Below, piece after piece: positions 1 through 9,541 of a DNA stretch of 64,000 nt. Below the pieces are notes generated by a model. The model was not told where the DNA came from and did no database searches. It saw nothing but the letters and a program-made list of their open reading frames with translations. Numbering within the stretch: the first letter of the stretch is position 1; each line of letters opens with the position of its first letter. Source of the stretch: Lachnospiraceae bacterium (GTDB lineage Bacteria > Bacillota > Clostridia > Lachnospirales > Lachnospiraceae); the NCBI GenBank assembly GCA_017441825.1, contig JAFRVD010000029.1, forward strand, positions 20,738 to 84,737, written 5' to 3'. Position numbers and translations under genes: made by a program.

Positions 1-149
1 ATCCTGAATTCATCGGTCTTCGCGCGAAGCTGCGCATCCGTAAGACTCATCATCTCCGGACGGAGGCTCAGGATCCTGTCAAGGAGCGGCCGGATCCTTT
101 TGATCTCTCTTTCACTGTGCGTCCCAAAGACTTTGGTCACAAGGCTCAT
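1..149 (-). CDS. secA: Preprotein translocase ATPase SecA, N-terminal fragment (runs off the window)
   Basis: Minus-strand ATG at 147-149 is preceded by AGGAGG. The translation MSLVTKVFGTHSEREIKRIRPLLDRILSLRPEMMSLTDAQLRAKTDEF matches the conserved SecA N-terminus (ERE-IKR ... LSD--LR-KT-EF) as I recall it. Confidence 0.75.
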   Translation of the reverse strand, partial: MSLVTKVFGTHSEREIKRIRPLLDRILSLRPEMMSLTDAQLRAKTDEFR

Positions 150-169
150 TTCATTCCTCCTGTAGCAAA

Positions 170-2110
170 TCAGTCAAGCCCAAGGTATTTCCTTACAATG
201 TAGAAGGGGCCGGGGCCGATCTCCAGGTATTCCCTGTAGAATTCCTTCATGTCCACGCCGCCTTCTTCCGTATAATCGTCGATGATATCCATCATCTCAA
301 ACTCACCCGCGGCATACTGCATGTACTCCGCCGGGTTGCCGACCAGATAGTTGTAAAGGTCCGTAATGGTTTCTTCGTCCTGTGCGCCGAACTGTTCCTC
401 AAGGAAGTCCCCGAGTTCTTCCTTTGACCAGCCCTGATAATGGATGCCCAGATCCATGAGGCCGTAAAGCGCCATGGTGGCAAGGTCGTTCGCATGGGCG
501 AAATCCGCGACGTTCTTATCCGCGCCTTCAAAATAGTAGGACTGATGCTCTACGTGCTGCGCCCAGCCTTCGGCATAGCCGGTGGGGTCGGTCAGGCGGC
601 GGATCGCGTATTCATTGACGCTGCTCCAGAAATTGTACTGGTAAAGATGTCCGGGATAGCCCTCATGAGAAAGCGTCTGCCAGATATCGTCCGGGATACT
701 GCCGTCCTCTTCCGGGTTGATGTAGATCTCATTCGTGGCGCCTTCGCCAAACGGCGGGATGATGTAGAACGCCGGGTTCAGGTACTCCCGGAGAGACTCG
801 TCCACGTATTTGATCTCATACTGGACTTCGGAAAGCTCCGGGAACTTCTCGTTCGCGGATTCGATGAGCATCAGCATGATCTCTTCAGGATCAGACGAGG
901 GAAACTCCATGCTGTAGAAGCTGTCCACAACGTCGGGATGCTTCCTGTAGATCATCATGAGCTCGTTGAAGGACTCGGTCTCCTTCTCCTCAAGGTAATC
1001 CCAGAGTTCTGCAGGCGACATTTCCGTGCCGACGTTGCTCTTAATGAGATATTCGTAATAGCCTTCGCCGTCCGGATAATAGCAGAGGCCGCCCTTATAC
1101 TGATTGCTGCCCATGAGTCCTTCAAGGCCCGCCTTTAAGATACGGTATGCCTCATAGAAATTGGGAGCAAGCTCCTTGTTCCGCGCGATCAGTTCATCTT
1201 TCTCCTCGTCCGTAAGGTCGAGCGCTTCCACCTTTTCACGGAAAGACACGTACAGGAAGTTGTCTTCATCCGCTTCCGTTTCCAGGAAGGAGTCGATCTG
1301 GTCAATGACCTCCTGTGCGAGATCATCTTCCATGAAGAGACCGTGGTCCGCCTTCTGCTGCTCGTAAAGAAGCAGGTCTTCGAAATGGGCGGGCATCTGC
1401 TCAAGATACGCGAGGTAATCCTCCGCGTCATCCACGGAGAAGAATTTGTACTCCGCGAACATGACCGGAAGCTGCGACTGGTAGCCCGACGTGCCGCCTA
1501 ACGGCTCATAGTAATAATCGTAAGCGCAGCCCAAAAGCTCCGTCTCGAGATAGTCCTTTAAAACGTCGTATGTGATCTGTGCCTGAAGACTGAGCTCATC
1601 AAAGCTGAACTCTTCCATTTTCGCAAGGGATTCCGTAAGGAATTCCTCATAGGAAGAATTGTATTCGTCGTCTTCGTCATATGAAAACTGCGGAAGGCCC
1701 GGTTCGTCAATGTTGATGCCGAAATCCTCCGGATGCATGAAATAGTAATGCGCGTCAAAGGTGTCGCCTTCAAAAAACGTTGGCATCAGGCTGTCCGTAA
1801 ACGCGTGGAACGCGCTTTCCGTGTCTTCCTGCCCTCCTTCGGGAACGGCTTCCTGCCCTTCATCCTCTCCCTCGGGGGCTTCCGTCTCTGCTTCGCCCTC
1901 TTCCGGGACCGCGTTCTCTTCTTCAGCCGCTTCCGCGACCTCTTCGGACGCTTCTGCCGCATTCCCGGTGCGCGCCTTTACAGAAGACACCGCCTTCTCA
2001 AGGATCTCCGAGAAAACTTCCTTCGGGTCCGTAACCGTGCCGCAGCCCGTAAACACTGCCGAAAGCGAAACCACCACCGCCAGCACCATGCTCAACAGCT
2101 TTTTATTCAT
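170..2110 (-). CDS. DUF885-family lipoprotein (putative extracytoplasmic metallopeptidase-like protein)
   Basis: 646-aa ORF. Signal peptide with lipobox (LSAVFTGC), an acidic E/A-rich linker, and a C-terminal HEGYPGH-LYQ motif typical of DUF885. AAGGAGAGG RBS. Confidence 0.7.
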   Translation of the reverse strand: MNKKLLSMVLAVVVSLSAVFTGCGTVTDPKEVFSEILEKAVSSVKARTGNAAEASEEVAEAAEEENAVPEEGEAETEAPEGEDEGQEAVPEGGQEDTESAFHAFTDSLMPTFFEGDTFDAHYYFMHPEDFGINIDEPGLPQFSYDEDDEYNSSYEEFLTESLAKMEEFSFDELSLQAQITYDVLKDYLETELLGCAYDYYYEPLGGTSGYQSQLPVMFAEYKFFSVDDAEDYLAYLEQMPAHFEDLLLYEQQKADHGLFMEDDLAQEVIDQIDSFLETEADEDNFLYVSFREKVEALDLTDEEKDELIARNKELAPNFYEAYRILKAGLEGLMGSNQYKGGLCYYPDGEGYYEYLIKSNVGTEMSPAELWDYLEEKETESFNELMMIYRKHPDVVDSFYSMEFPSSDPEEIMLMLIESANEKFPELSEVQYEIKYVDESLREYLNPAFYIIPPFGEGATNEIYINPEEDGSIPDDIWQTLSHEGYPGHLYQYNFWSSVNEYAIRRLTDPTGYAEGWAQHVEHQSYYFEGADKNVADFAHANDLATMALYGLMDLGIHYQGWSKEELGDFLEEQFGAQDEETITDLYNYLVGNPAEYMQYAAGEFEMMDIIDDYTEEGGVDMKEFYREYLEIGPGPFYIVRKYLGLD

Positions 2111-2131
2111 ATGTCCTCTCCTTGTGATCGA

Positions 2132-2842
2132 TCATCTCGTAATGATCATTTTAAAGATCGGCTTGCCGAGTGTCGCGAACCGGTCTTCATATTCGGTAAG
2201 CACGTTCCCCTCCGCGTACGGGGAGTGATAAAGATCCCGCGTCATGACGAGGACCTGCCATCCGGCCTCCCGGGCGCTTTCCAGGGAAAAGTCAAAAAGC
2301 CCTTCATTGTCAGTCTTGAATTCAATGGTCCCGCCGGGGGCGAGGACCTTGTCGTAACGCTTCAGGAACTCCGTGGACGTGAGCCTCCTTTTCCAGTGCC
2401 TGGCCTTCGGCCAGGGGTCCGAAAAGTTCAGGTAGATCCTGTCCACCTCCCGATCCCCGAAGATCTCCGTGAGCCCTTCCGCGTCAAAGCGGAGATAATA
2501 CAGGTTGTCCGCATCCATGGCCGCCCGTTTTTCGAGGGCACGGAGAAGGACGGAGGAAAACTTTTCGATCCCGAGATAATTCACCCCGGGATTCTTTTCA
2601 GCCATTTCCGAAAGGAAGCGGCCCTTTCCGCAGCCGATCTCCACGTGGAGCGGCCGGTCGTTTCCGAAGACCTCCTGCTTCCAAAGGCCTTTCTTCGTCT
2701 CCGGCTCCTGTACGACAAACGGGTTTACGAGCATCTCCTCTTTCGCGCCGGGGATGTTTCTGAGCCTCACAGGCGTTCCCTCCGTATTCCTGCGGATGTA
2801 TTGGTTTATGCCTTTTCCGGCGATAAACCCATAAACCCGCAT
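2132..2842 (-). CDS. trmB: tRNA (guanine46-N7)-methyltransferase
   Basis: 236 aa. SAM-binding EIGCGKGRFL motif and FSDPWPK motif characteristic of TrmB. Confidence 0.85.
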   Translation of the reverse strand: MRVYGFIAGKGINQYIRRNTEGTPVRLRNIPGAKEEMLVNPFVVQEPETKKGLWKQEVFGNDRPLHVEIGCGKGRFLSEMAEKNPGVNYLGIEKFSSVLLRALEKRAAMDADNLYYLRFDAEGLTEIFGDREVDRIYLNFSDPWPKARHWKRRLTSTEFLKRYDKVLAPGGTIEFKTDNEGLFDFSLESAREAGWQVLVMTRDLYHSPYAEGNVLTEYEDRFATLGKPIFKMIITR

Positions 2843-2982
2843 TTTATTATATTCTATAGGAAATCCTCTGCCGCGTCAAGCAGAGGATGCGGGCGCCGGG
2901 GCTCACAAAAACATACGGCGCCGGTACATGAACACATGCACCGGCGCCTGTATCGTTTTACTTTGGAAAGGCACAAAAAAAG

Positions 2983-3055
2983 TGCACCACCAGGGGCTCG
3001 AACCCTGGACACCCTGATTAAGAGTCAGGTGCTCTACCAACTGAGCTAGTGGTGC
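2983..3055 (-). tRNA. tRNA-Lys (anticodon CTT), no encoded CCA
   Basis: The reverse complement folds as a canonical cloverleaf. Acceptor stem GCACCAC/GTGGTGC, D stem GCTC/GAGC, anticodon stem CCTGA/TCAGG with loop CTCTTAA, T stem CAGGG/CCCTG with loop TTCGAGC, discriminator A. Confidence 0.9.
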
Positions 3056-3141
3056 ATGTGTTTCAGACACAAGCGACATTATAGACCCCGGAGCATCGAT
3101 TGTCAAGCGGTTTTTTGAAATCGCGCAGGAAAAATCGCGCG

Positions 3142-3173
3142 GCGCCGCAGGTCTTCCTTGTTCCCTGCGGCGC
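3142..3173 (-). terminator. GC-rich hairpin downstream of metG (possible terminator or processing structure before tRNA-Lys)
   Basis: Perfect 10-bp stem GCGCCGCAGG/CCTGCGGCGC with a 12-nt loop. On the minus strand the T-run (ATTTTT) starts 6 nt after the stem, so this is not a textbook terminator. Confidence 0.35.
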
Positions 3174-3197
3174 CGGCCATATTATTATTCTGAACTG

Positions 3198-5213
3198 TTA
3201 CGCGATCCCCGCGCCTGCCGGCGCGTCCGGATCTTCAGGCTTCATGAGCGTATAGCCGCCCTTTCCGTCTTCTGCAAGAAGGATCATACCCTCGGACTTA
3301 AGCCCGGCCATAGTCACGGGCTTTAAGTTCAGAAGCACCATGACCTTCTTCCCGACCATCTCATCCGGGCTGTAGCTTGCCCGGATGCCGGACAGGATCT
3401 GCCGGGTCTCGTTCCCGATCTTCACCTGCGAGCAAAGAAGCTTCTTTGACTTCGGAACAGCTTCGCAGCTTAAGACTTCGCCCACCACGAACTGGAGCTT
3501 CGCGAAGTCATCATAGGCAACTTCAGGAAGCAGCTCGACAGCCTTTTCTTCCGGCTCTTCCGGCTTCTCCGCGGTTGCTGCTTCCGCGTTTTCCTGAGTC
3601 ATGCCGGCCGCTGCCAGTGCCGCCTTCCGCTGCGCTTCCATAATAGCCTGTGCCTTCTCCATAATAGCCTTTTCGTCAAGACGCGCGAACAGCATCTCCG
3701 GCTTTTCCGCGACCTTCGTGCCTTCCGGGATGCATGCGCCGAAGCCGGTCAGTCCTTCAAAGTCCTTAAGCTCCGCGTTGAAGCCCGCTGCGATCCGCTC
3801 CGCCGTCTCAGGCATGAACGGATACAGGAGCGAGGCGCCGGTCATGATGCCTTCCGCAAGGTTGTAAAGAACGGTCGACAGGCGGTCCTGCTTTTCGGGA
3901 TCCTTCGCGAGGATCCACGGGGTCGTCTCATCCACGTATTTGTTGCAGCGGCGGAACAGGTTAAAGATCTCCGTCATCGCGTCCGCAACGTGGAGCGTCT
4001 CCATGCATTTCCGTGTGCTTTCCTTAACGTGCGCCGCGAGGTCCTTGAGCTCCTGGTCCACGGGCTCCGCTGCTCCCTTGTCGGAAAGGATCCCGCCGAA
4101 GTACTTGTTGCTCATGGAGATCGTCCGGCTCACGAGGTTCCCGAGGATGTTCGCAAGGTCGGAATTGTACCTTTCGATCACAAGCTCCCAGGTGATGGTG
4201 CCGTCCGATTCGAACGGCGTCTCATGCAGCACGAAATACCGCACCGCATCCACGCCGAATAGCGACGCAAGGTCGTCCGCGTAGATCACGTTGCCTTTTG
4301 ATTTACTCATCTTTTCCCCGCCCTGGATCAGCCACGGATGGCCGAATACCTGCTTCGGAAGCGGGATGTCGAGCGCCATCAGCATGATGGGCCAGTAGAT
4401 GGTATGGAAGCGGAGGATGTCCTTGCCGATCAAATGGACGTCCGCCGGCCAGTAACGCTTGAATAATTCATCGCTTTCCCCGTCGATGTTCACGCCCAGC
4501 CCGGTAATGTAGTTCGACAGCGCGTCGATCCAGACGTACACCACGTGGCGCGGGTCGAAATCGACCGGAATGCCCCACGAGAAGGAAGATCTGGACACGC
4601 ACAGGTCCTGCAGGCCCGGCAGCAGGAAGTTGTTCATGATCTCGTTCTTCCTGGACACCGGCTGGATAAACTGCGGATGGGTATTGATATGGTCGATCAG
4701 GCGGTCCGCATATTTGCTCATCCTGAAGAAGTACGCCTCTTCCTTCGCGGGCTGTACGGGGAATCCGCACTCCGGGCATTTGCCATCTTTGATCTGTGAA
4801 GGTGTATAGAAGGACTCGCACTCCTTACAGTACATGCCCTCGTACGCGCCCTTGTAGATATCGCCCTTTTCGTATAATTTTCTGACGAGCTTCTGGACCG
4901 TCGCCTCGTGGTCCGCGTCCGTGGTCCTGATGAACCGGTCGTAGGACGTGTTCATGAGGTCCCAGATCCTTTTGATCTCTCCCGCGATCTCGTCCACGTA
5001 TTCCTTGGGGCTCTTCCCGGCCGCTTCCGCACGGTCCTGGATCTTCTGGCCGTGCTCGTCCGTACCGGTCTGGAACCGGACGTCGTAGCCCTCCAGCCGC
5101 TTAAAGCGGGCGATGGCGTCCGCCAGGATGATCTCATAGGTGTTTCCGATGTGCGGCTTGCCTGACGTATAGGCGATAGCCGTTGTGATATAATAAGGTT
5201 TTTTTGCTGACAT
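3198..5213 (-). CDS. metG: Methionine--tRNA ligase with C-terminal tRNA-binding (Trbp111/EMAPII-like) domain
   Basis: 671 aa. Class I signatures HIGN (GKPHIGN) and KMSKS, a CPxC zinc knuckle, and a C-terminal OB-fold tail (VGEVLSCEAVPKSKKLL..KPV). Confidence 0.95.
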   Translation of the reverse strand: MSAKKPYYITTAIAYTSGKPHIGNTYEIILADAIARFKRLEGYDVRFQTGTDEHGQKIQDRAEAAGKSPKEYVDEIAGEIKRIWDLMNTSYDRFIRTTDADHEATVQKLVRKLYEKGDIYKGAYEGMYCKECESFYTPSQIKDGKCPECGFPVQPAKEEAYFFRMSKYADRLIDHINTHPQFIQPVSRKNEIMNNFLLPGLQDLCVSRSSFSWGIPVDFDPRHVVYVWIDALSNYITGLGVNIDGESDELFKRYWPADVHLIGKDILRFHTIYWPIMLMALDIPLPKQVFGHPWLIQGGEKMSKSKGNVIYADDLASLFGVDAVRYFVLHETPFESDGTITWELVIERYNSDLANILGNLVSRTISMSNKYFGGILSDKGAAEPVDQELKDLAAHVKESTRKCMETLHVADAMTEIFNLFRRCNKYVDETTPWILAKDPEKQDRLSTVLYNLAEGIMTGASLLYPFMPETAERIAAGFNAELKDFEGLTGFGACIPEGTKVAEKPEMLFARLDEKAIMEKAQAIMEAQRKAALAAAGMTQENAEAATAEKPEEPEEKAVELLPEVAYDDFAKLQFVVGEVLSCEAVPKSKKLLCSQVKIGNETRQILSGIRASYSPDEMVGKKVMVLLNLKPVTMAGLKSEGMILLAEDGKGGYTLMKPEDPDAPAGAGIA

Positions 5214-5261
5214 CTGTTCTCCTTCGGCTCTTCTCTTTAAGAGCCTGTATCTTTACCGCGG

Positions 5262-6431
5262 TCAATATTCCCTGGTGCCGTCACCGATCTCGACCACATA
5301 GAAGCTTGCCGCATAGCCGATCTTTGCTTCGTAGTTCTTCCCGACCTCTTCAATGAAGCGGTCCACCGCACCGTCTTCGACGATGCTCACCGTGCACCCG
5401 CCGAAGCCTGCGCCGGTCATGCGGGAGCCCACCACACCGCTGATCTTCCACGCTTCCTCTACAAGTGTGTCGAGCTCGATCCCGGTCACTTCATAATCGT
5501 CTCTTAACGAGACGTGGGAGTCGTTCATCAGCCGGCCGAAGCCTGCGACATCACCTCCCTTAAGAAGCTCGACCGCGCGGACCGTCCGCCGGTTCTCATA
5601 GACTGCATGGCGCGCGCGCTTTACGCGCACAGGATCCTTGATGGCGTCCTTATTCGCTTCAAATGTCTCTTCGTCAAGGTCGCCCAGGGCGTTCACGTCG
5701 ATGACCTTCTGAAGCTCTGCGAGCGCCGTCTCGCATTCCGTCCGGCGTTCGTTGTATTTGGAGTCCGCAAGGCCCCTCTTTTTATTTGTGCAGGCGATCA
5801 CGATCTTCATGCCCGAAAGCGCGATGGGCGCGTACTCGTACTCGAGCGTCGCCGTATCCAGGAAGATCGCGTTGTCCTTCTTTCCCATCGCGATGGCGAA
5901 CTGGTCCATGATGCCGCAGTTCACTCCGTTGTAGTTGTTTTCCGAGTACTGGCCGCACAGGGCGATCTCCTGGTTCGGGATATCCCAGCCGAAGAGAAGG
6001 TTCAGGACCTTGCCCATGCCGACCTCTACGGACGCCGACGAAGACAGGCCCGACGCGCTCGGGATGTTTCCCCAGAGATAGACATCCATTCCGGCGTCCG
6101 CATGAAGTCCGTACCGGACGCCGTACGCCCAGATCATGCCCATCGGATAATTCGTAAAGCCCTTGGATTTTTCATAATCGAGAGAGTCAAGCGTCCGCTC
6201 CACGGTCCCCGCCTGGGGATAGTTCCCCGAGAAGAACCGTACCTTCCGGTCCGCTCTCTTCCGCGCCGCGAAATACGTGCCGATGGTCAGCGCGCACGGG
6301 AACACGTGCCCGCCGTTGTAGTCCGTGTGTTCGCCGATCAGGTTGACCCTGCCCGGTGAAAACACATACACAGGCTCCTCGCCGGCACCGTACTGCTTAA
6401 AAAACGCCTCTCTGAGCTCTTCCTTAGTCAT
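5262..6431 (-). CDS. galK: Galactokinase
   Basis: GHMP kinase with the galactokinase signature GRVNLIGEHTDYNGG and the PSASGLSSSAS ATP motif. I chose the start at MTKEEL because of the AAGGAGG RBS; the ORF track begins 23 codons earlier. Confidence 0.9.
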   Translation of the reverse strand: MTKEELREAFFKQYGAGEEPVYVFSPGRVNLIGEHTDYNGGHVFPCALTIGTYFAARKRADRKVRFFSGNYPQAGTVERTLDSLDYEKSKGFTNYPMGMIWAYGVRYGLHADAGMDVYLWGNIPSASGLSSSASVEVGMGKVLNLLFGWDIPNQEIALCGQYSENNYNGVNCGIMDQFAIAMGKKDNAIFLDTATLEYEYAPIALSGMKIVIACTNKKRGLADSKYNERRTECETALAELQKVIDVNALGDLDEETFEANKDAIKDPVRVKRARHAVYENRRTVRAVELLKGGDVAGFGRLMNDSHVSLRDDYEVTGIELDTLVEEAWKISGVVGSRMTGAGFGGCTVSIVEDGAVDRFIEEVGKNYEAKIGYAASFYVVEIGDGTREY

Positions 6432-6489
6432 AGCGACCTCCTTGTATCCTGACGCGGGGCCTTTTAGCCTCTGCGTACATTTTCTGTAT

Positions 6490-7173
6490 TTATTCCGCAT
6501 CCTTCCCGGGTCCCGGGAGAAGCGTAAGAAGCCCGGTAAGCTTCGTGATTTTTATATCTGCCGCGGACAGGTCCTGGTCCCCCGAGCCGGGGTTCTCGAT
6601 CCCGATGCACAGCATCCCTGCGGCGCGCGCGGCCTTCGACCCGTTCTCCGAATCCTCCACGACCACGCATTCATCCGGCGTCCCGCCAAGCTTTTCCAAA
6701 GCCATGAGGAATGTGTCCGGCGCCGGTTTCGGGTGAAGCGCGTTCCTTCCGCTGAACAGCACGCTGAAGCAGTCCCTTACGCCGATGTCCTCCGTACAGT
6801 ATTCAATGTAATCCGGCGGCGATGAAGACGCGACGGCCATTCTGTATCCGCGTTCACGGAGCTCCCGTACGACCTCACGGACGTCCGGCATGGGAATGAC
6901 CCCATCTTCGCGTTCGACCGCTTTCCGGATCTTCCTGTACTCTTCTTCCAGGTCCGGGTGTTCCGTCACGTCAAACCCGTACGCATCCTGGAAGATCCGG
7001 AACAGGATCCCGTTCGTAGATCCGATGCACGGCTTGTACGTTTCGAAGTCGATCTCCACACCGTACTGCCGCATGGTCCTTCTCCAGGCCCTGAAATGCT
7101 GCGGCTCCGAGTCGATGAGCACCCCGTCCAGGTCAAACAGGATCACGTCTTTTCCGTCTGTCAGGCCAGCCAT
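6490..7173 (-). CDS. HAD-superfamily hydrolase (beta-phosphoglucomutase-like subfamily IA)
   Basis: 227 aa. Motif I FDLDGVLIDSE, and VEDSENG motif IV. Confidence 0.8.
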   Translation of the reverse strand: MAGLTDGKDVILFDLDGVLIDSEPQHFRAWRRTMRQYGVEIDFETYKPCIGSTNGILFRIFQDAYGFDVTEHPDLEEEYRKIRKAVEREDGVIPMPDVREVVRELRERGYRMAVASSSPPDYIEYCTEDIGVRDCFSVLFSGRNALHPKPAPDTFLMALEKLGGTPDECVVVEDSENGSKAARAAGMLCIGIENPGSGDQDLSAADIKITKLTGLLTLLPGPGKDAE

Positions 7174-7362
7174 TCTTCCCCCTCCGGTCTCTTGACCGCA
7201 TAGATAAATTTATTTTACAATACTATTCCTGTTTCCGCAACCGGAATGTTGCGACTATAGTATCTTCGTACACAGGCGGCCAAGGACGGCCGTATGCAGG
7301 ACTTGACAACCGTGTTCACAAGGGCTAAGGTTCAGGTAGAAGGACCGCGGAAGGGGGAAGCC

Positions 7363-8346
7363 ATGGCAGCCGGAAACAAAGTGACTCTTGAACAGATCGC
7401 CGCTCACTTCGGGGTCTCGAAGACCACGGTCTCCCGGGCGCTGTCCGGGAAAGGAAGAGTCAGTGCTGCCCGGCGCGAAGAGATCCGGCGGTATGCGGAG
7501 GAAGCAGGGTATCCCGTGGAATCGGGCCCGCCGGTCCCGGAAAACATCTGCGTGGTACTGCCGGACAACCTGCTGGACGACTCCATCTTCTTCCAGACCT
7601 GTCTGGCCGGCATCCTGGACGCCCTCCAGAAATACCGCTGCAATACGATGATCGTGCTCGAGCGCGGCAACCGGACGGACCGCCTGTCCGAGGCCCTCAC
7701 CCGCATGCGCTGCGACGGAGTGATCCTCCTTCAGAATTATATCGACGACCAGCAGATGCGGTACTTGCGGAACATCGGAATGCCGTTCGTCCTGGGCGGG
7801 ACTTCCTCGGATCCGGACGTCTACCAGGTGGACGGGAACGTGTACCAGGCCGCGGACGTCATGACCACCCACCTCATCGAAAAAGGCTCGAAGCGGATCG
7901 CGTTCGTGGGCGGCATGGAACACTATCTGGTGAACCGCGACCGCTGCGCAGGGTATCTCCGCGCGCTTCAGGACCACCTGATGCCGCAGCGGAACGACCT
8001 GGTCTTCCGGAACATCACGACGGCGGAGGACGCCGGGAACGCCGCGGATCTCATGCTTTCCCGCGGGGCGGACGCCGCGATCGCTTCCGACGATATCCTC
8101 TCCTCCCTCCTCCTGCAGGCGCTTACGGAGCGCGGCGTCTACGTACCCTCCGAGTTCCGCATCGGCTCCCTCTATGACAGCACGTACACGCAGACGGCTT
8201 ATCCGCCCATCTCGTCCATGAGTATTCCCACCCGGAAAATGGGCGCCGCCCTCAGCGAAAAGCTGGCCGCCCTCGTCCGGGGAGAAGACCCGGAACGGAT
8301 CACGAACATCGACTACCGCCTTCTCGAGCGCCGCTCCTCCGACTGA
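7363..8346 (+). CDS. LacI-family transcriptional regulator
   Basis: N-terminal HTH VTLEQIAAHFGVSKTTVSRAL followed by a periplasmic-binding-protein-like sugar-binding fold. Start chosen at MAAGNK after an AAGGGGGAAG RBS. Confidence 0.85.
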   Translation: MAAGNKVTLEQIAAHFGVSKTTVSRALSGKGRVSAARREEIRRYAEEAGYPVESGPPVPENICVVLPDNLLDDSIFFQTCLAGILDALQKYRCNTMIVLERGNRTDRLSEALTRMRCDGVILLQNYIDDQQMRYLRNIGMPFVLGGTSSDPDVYQVDGNVYQAADVMTTHLIEKGSKRIAFVGGMEHYLVNRDRCAGYLRALQDHLMPQRNDLVFRNITTAEDAGNAADLMLSRGADAAIASDDILSSLLLQALTERGVYVPSEFRIGSLYDSTYTQTAYPPISSMSIPTRKMGAALSEKLAALVRGEDPERITNIDYRLLERRSSD

Positions 8347-8575
8347 TTTCGGAAGGATCCGGCTGTTTTCGTTCATTTTGTCCGAATCTTTTGACACATC
8401 AGAATATTGTTGCGCATCAAAAAGCAAGGATTTCCACGATTTCCAAACTTTTTTTGCGCAACTTTTTCGTCCGTTCTTATGTAATCTGCACAAAAAACAA
8501 ATTGATTTTCGTTCTTTTACCTCTTGTTCCTTCTCCGAAAAAACACTACAGTAATAGCGAAGGGAGGGTCTTCGT

Positions 8576-9529
8576 ATGAAGAAATCTGCTCAAGGCGCAG
8601 CCGGCTATAAAACAAAAATGTCTTTCGGAAAAGTCATCCGGAAGCATTGGCTGCTGCTCCTCATGCTGCTTCCGGCAGTCATCTACGTCATCATCTTCTC
8701 CTACATCCCGATGAGCGGCATCATCCTGGCGTTCGAGAAGTATTCCTTCAAGGGAGGCATTTACGGCTCCAAAAAGATCGGGCTTCAGAACTTCAAGTCG
8801 CTCATGATCGCCGGGAAGCTGTGGATGACCACCCGCAACACGCTCCTCTACAACATCGCGTTCATCGCGCTGGGAGTGGTGTTTGAAATGGGCTTCGCGA
8901 TCCTCTTAAACGAGCTTGCCAGCAAGACCTTCAAGAAAGTCACGCAGTCCTTCATGTTCCTGCCCTACTTCATCAGCTGGGTCGTGGCAGGCGCCATCAT
9001 GTACAACATCTTCAACTACGAGCAGGGCGTGTTCAACCGCATCCTCCGGGCACTGGGGGCGGAGCCGTTTGACCTCTACAATACGCCGGCTGCCTGGCCC
9101 GTCGTACTGACTGTCTTAAAGCTCTGGAAATCCACCGGCTACGGCACGGTAGTCTACCTTGCGGCCATCACGAGCCTGGATCAGGAAATGTTCGAGGCCG
9201 CGGCAATTGACGGCGCGTCCGCCTGGCAGAAGATCCGGTATCTGACGATCCCGTCGCTCACCCCCACCATGATGGTGCTCGTGCTCCTCGCGATCGGCAA
9301 CATCTTCCGCGGAGACTTCGGCCTGTTCTACCAGACCGTCAAATCCAGCATCACGCTCCAGCCGGTGACGGAGATCATCGACACCTACGTGTTCAAGCTC
9401 CTCATCACAAACGGCGATATCGGCGTTGCTGCGGCTGCCGGTCTCTACCAGTCCGTCCTGTGCTTCGTGACCATCTCGCTCTGCAACGGCCTGGTCAAGA
9501 AGTTCAACCCGGACTATGCGTTATATTAA
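8576..9529 (+). CDS. Carbohydrate ABC transporter permease (LplB-like)
   Basis: 317 aa, multi-TM. EAA-type loop (EAAAIDGASAWQKIRYLTIP) typical of binding-protein-dependent sugar permeases. GGGAGGG RBS. Confidence 0.85.
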   Translation: MKKSAQGAAGYKTKMSFGKVIRKHWLLLLMLLPAVIYVIIFSYIPMSGIILAFEKYSFKGGIYGSKKIGLQNFKSLMIAGKLWMTTRNTLLYNIAFIALGVVFEMGFAILLNELASKTFKKVTQSFMFLPYFISWVVAGAIMYNIFNYEQGVFNRILRALGAEPFDLYNTPAAWPVVLTVLKLWKSTGYGTVVYLAAITSLDQEMFEAAAIDGASAWQKIRYLTIPSLTPTMMVLVLLAIGNIFRGDFGLFYQTVKSSITLQPVTEIIDTYVFKLLITNGDIGVAAAAGLYQSVLCFVTISLCNGLVKKFNPDYALY

Positions 9530-9541
9530 GGGAGGTGCGGT

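Noticed and set aside
1733-3049. 438-aa plus-strand ORF overlapping the DUF885 gene, trmB and the tRNA
   Set aside because: It runs antisense through two well-supported genes and into a tRNA gene. No RBS, low-complexity product.
5214-5261. T-box or other leader upstream of metG (and likewise upstream of asnA at 18877-18930)
   Set aside because: The metG spacer is only 48 nt. It contains just a short hairpin (GGCTCTT..AAGAGCC) next to the RBS. The asnA leader is about 55 nt. Neither has room for, or shows, the conserved T-box sequence or a specifier/antiterminator architecture.
7255-8493. 412-aa minus-strand ORF antisense to the LacI-family gene
   Set aside because: It has no RBS or motifs and an Arg/Gly/Val-rich composition. 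The opposite strand carries a textbook LacI HTH and an RBS.
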